Assembly (NCBI GenBank): GCA_950097015.1
Contig: CATNEN010000007.1
Location: forward strand, 12,648,001-12,712,000
Length of the DNA stretch: 64,000 bases
Source of the DNA: Macrostomum hystrix
Lineage: Eukaryota; Animalia; Platyhelminthes
Direction: 5' to 3'
Position 1 is the stretch's first letter. Each line of letters starts with the position of its first letter. The position numbers and the translations under genes were made by a program. Under the pieces are notes generated by a model. The model worked only from the letters and a program-made list of their open reading frames with translations, was not told where the DNA came from and ran no database searches. Positions 61,288 through 64,000 of the stretch are shown here, in pieces.

Positions 61288-63059
61288 GGTGCTTGTCTGG
61301 GTGCTGCTTCCGCTGCTCTGTGCCAGCCTGCCCAGCCAGGCCGAGGCTTTATCGCCTCGCCTGCAGCAAGTGTGGTGGGGGTGGGCGCCAGTGTGCAGAG
61401 GCACGCTGCTGATGCTATCGCAGCCCAGGATATCATCAACTCGGCTCGGCTCGGGCCGCCACCTCCGCTCGCTCGCCTCTGCGCACGTTGTGCGCGCATC
61501 GCCACCCGCCCGCCTTTGGCGGTTGAGGTGGCTTGCACTGCGGCTCAGCGTGCCCTAGCCGAGACCCGCCCGTCCCTGCTTGCAGGCGGGGGGCTTGTTT
61601 AGCATCGGCAGCCAGGCTAGAAATTCAGCCTGCCAGATAGGCTGTGCGCCCGAGTGTTATCAGTTTGGCTTGACGGATGCCTTGTGCAGATGGCATCTGT
61701 TTGGTGAAGCGCGGGGCCAGGCCTGGCCTTGCAGACTGCAGATTCGCGGCTGATGATTTTCGACTTTGTTAGAAAATGATAGCGAAAATAGCGAAACTGT
61801 TTCTGCCTGCGAGGGTTGCGCTTATGCAAGCCTTAGTAGTGACTACCTAGGACTAGTATATACCAGCAGAGGTACGTGTTCTGTATAGTTTTACAAGTAT
61901 GGACTAAACTAAGAAGTAGTAGTCAAAAAGAGCGAGAATAAATTTACCTGCCGTACCTATTTTGCAGACACAATTTTGACCAGCCATTTAGAAGCGAATA
62001 TTTTGCTTCATGTTTTTTCTGTTGCTAGATTTGACTCTTCTGCTACTACATTTAGTACTCACATGAGTAGACATAAATGAATGCGGCGGTATTTATTGGC
62101 CATGCGAATATTTCTCCACAATGAAGGTGCATATTTAAATGAAGCATTGCACAGATGCAGCCTGTTGCTGCACACCCAGCAACCCTTCAACGGAGCGGCC
62201 GGTTCCAACGGAGCAACGGATTTAGGCATCGTGACTGCGCCAGTGGAGGCCAAATTCAATGAGCAGCTCTCGGTTGGAGTTTTTTTGCTAAGAATTCGCC
62301 TATCCGCTCGGCTGGCTGGTAAATTATGAATTCTGAATTAGCAAACTCGTGCCGGATGCTCCCAGCTCCGCATCGCATTGCCGGCTTGCCCGACATTTGT
62401 GGAGCTCCGGATCCGCGCCCCACTAATGCCGAATGCCGCAGACCAGCCCTACCCTCGGATTCCCCAGCGGCGTGGCGCGACTCTGAGCGGGTCGCGACCC
62501 ACCCCAGCCCGCCGTGTCAGAGCGGAGGGCTGAGGTGGGGCGGATCAACTGATGAGATTCGGCGGGATAATCTGGGCAGGATTTTTCTAGAAGCGATCCC
62601 GAAGAGACGAGAAGACAGCACGAAGACTGCTCAAAAAGCAAGGCAAACGGGCTCTGAGGCCCAGTCAAAATGGCCTTCTTCTGCTTCCGGTGCTGGGCAA
62701 GAAACACAGAAATTGCGTGGCGACAGGCCGTTGATCCCGAGCTGCGGAAGCGGTGATTTAATTCTGCCCATGCGCCCGCCCACGAGTGCAGGCGGGCTGG
62801 GCGGCCTGTACCCAGCGCAATCCCCAGGACAGGCAGGCGGCTCGGACCAATGGCAACGCCGAAGCTGGCAGCATTGGCTGCAGGCACAGCACAGCCCTCT
62901 GTCTGCATCCTCTGCTTTCTTAGGATTCCCCCCCGGATCGATTTATGCTTGGCGGGCAGCGCAGCAGGCCAGTGTTTGAGCTGCACTGAAAGCAGTCGCT
63001 GGCACAACATGCATTAGCGAGACACAAGAATAGCAGTAGCAGCAGCAGCAGCAGCGAAC

Positions 63060-63132
63060 ATGAGCTCCCGGCTCAGGTGCTCACAGTCGGCGTTCTTCAA
63101 TCGGGCATTCGAGCTGAGCCACATCGAGGAGG
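63060..63132 (+). CDS. Possible first coding exon of a gene continuing beyond the window (MSSRLRCSQSAFFNRAFELSHIEE)
   Basis: ATG in AACATGA context, GC3-rich codons, GTGAGC donor at 63133; no recognised homology. Confidence 0.3.
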
Positions 63133-63205
63133 GTGAGCGCCTCGAGGACCAATATGGTCCTTGAACTGGAGCGAATGCTCTGGCTGGAAGGAGCAGTTGA
63201 TAATG

Positions 63206-63848
63206 CAGCTAGAGAGAGCAGAGGGGAGCTGAGAGAGAGCGGGGGGAGCTGAGAGAGAGCGGAGGGGAGCTGAGAGATAGCGGAGCGGAGCTGAGAGAGA
63301 GCGGAGGGAGCTGAGAGAGAGCGGGGGGAGCTAAGAGAGAGCGGAAGGAGCTGAGAGAGAGCGGAGGGGAGCTGAGAGAGACGGAGGGGAGCTGAGAGAG
63401 AGCGGAGGGAGCTGAGAGAGATCGGAGCGGAGCTGAGAGAGAGCGGAGGGAGCTGAGAGAGAGCTGGGGGAGCTAAGAGAGAGCGGAGGGAGCTGAGAGA
63501 GAGCGGAGGGGAGCTGAGAGAGAGCGGAGGGGAGCTGAGAGAGAGCGGAGGGGAGCTAGAGAGAGCGGAGGGAGCTGAGAGAGAGCGGAGGGGAGCTGAG
63601 AGAGAGCGGAGGGGAGCTGAGAGAGAGCGGAGGGGAGCTAGAGAGAGCGGAGGGGAGCTGAGAGAGAGCGGAGGGGAGCTGAGAGAGAGCGGAGGGGAGC
63701 TAGAGAGAGCGGAGGGGAGCTGAGAGAGAGCGGAGGGGAGCTGAGAGAGAGCGGAGGGGAGCTAGAGAGAGCGGGGGAGCTGAGAGAGATCGGAGGGGAG
63801 CTGAGAGACAGCGGAGGGGAGCTGAGAGAGAGCGGAGGGGAGCTGAGA
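63206..63848. repeat. ~21-bp purine-rich minisatellite
   Basis: Unit gagctgagagagagcggaggg(g). Confidence 0.94.
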
Positions 63849-64000
63849 AGGCTAGGAGCCGGCAGTACTTAGTGGAGGCGAAGGCGCGGGCATGCGGAAC
63901 GGTCCGAGGCCTGATAAGATCACTAGAAAAAGTGATTAAATCAGCGACCTGCCTTTGACTGCACACTAGCTGGAGCAGAAATCCCAAAGTGCGATCGCGC

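Overview
Eukaryotic (metazoan) genomic DNA with spliceosomal GT-AG introns, GC3-rich exons, two AT-rich islands (~8.4-11.6 kb and ~34.3-41.7 kb) and about 20 minisatellite arrays. The style suggests a free-living flatworm such as Macrostomum, but that is inference only. Genes reconstructed by hand from splice sites and reading phase, on the minus strand: RalGPS (runs off the left end), a 20-exon TBC1D2-like RabGAP with a ~660-aa C-terminal WD40-like extension, TMEM107 and WASF/SCAR. On the plus strand: a polyQ ORF, NDUFS3, a 59-aa transmembrane smORF, MED18, a Krimper-like Tudor/CCCH protein and DDRGK1. Mobile elements are an internally deleted mariner, two copies of a hAT-type MITE and a tRNA-derived SINE. 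Most notable: (1) TMEM107 has two tandem, homologous alternative last exons; (2) an operon-like plus-strand cluster (NDUFS3-smORF-MED18-Tudor-DDRGK1) in which each downstream gene has a splice acceptor just before its ATG, usually preceded by a minisatellite, and which diverges from an AT-rich island shared with TMEM107; (3) the PH-CC-TBC-WD40 fusion; (4) the microprotein that falls just below the ORF-track cutoff. Protein identities come from recalled family motifs, not from database searches.
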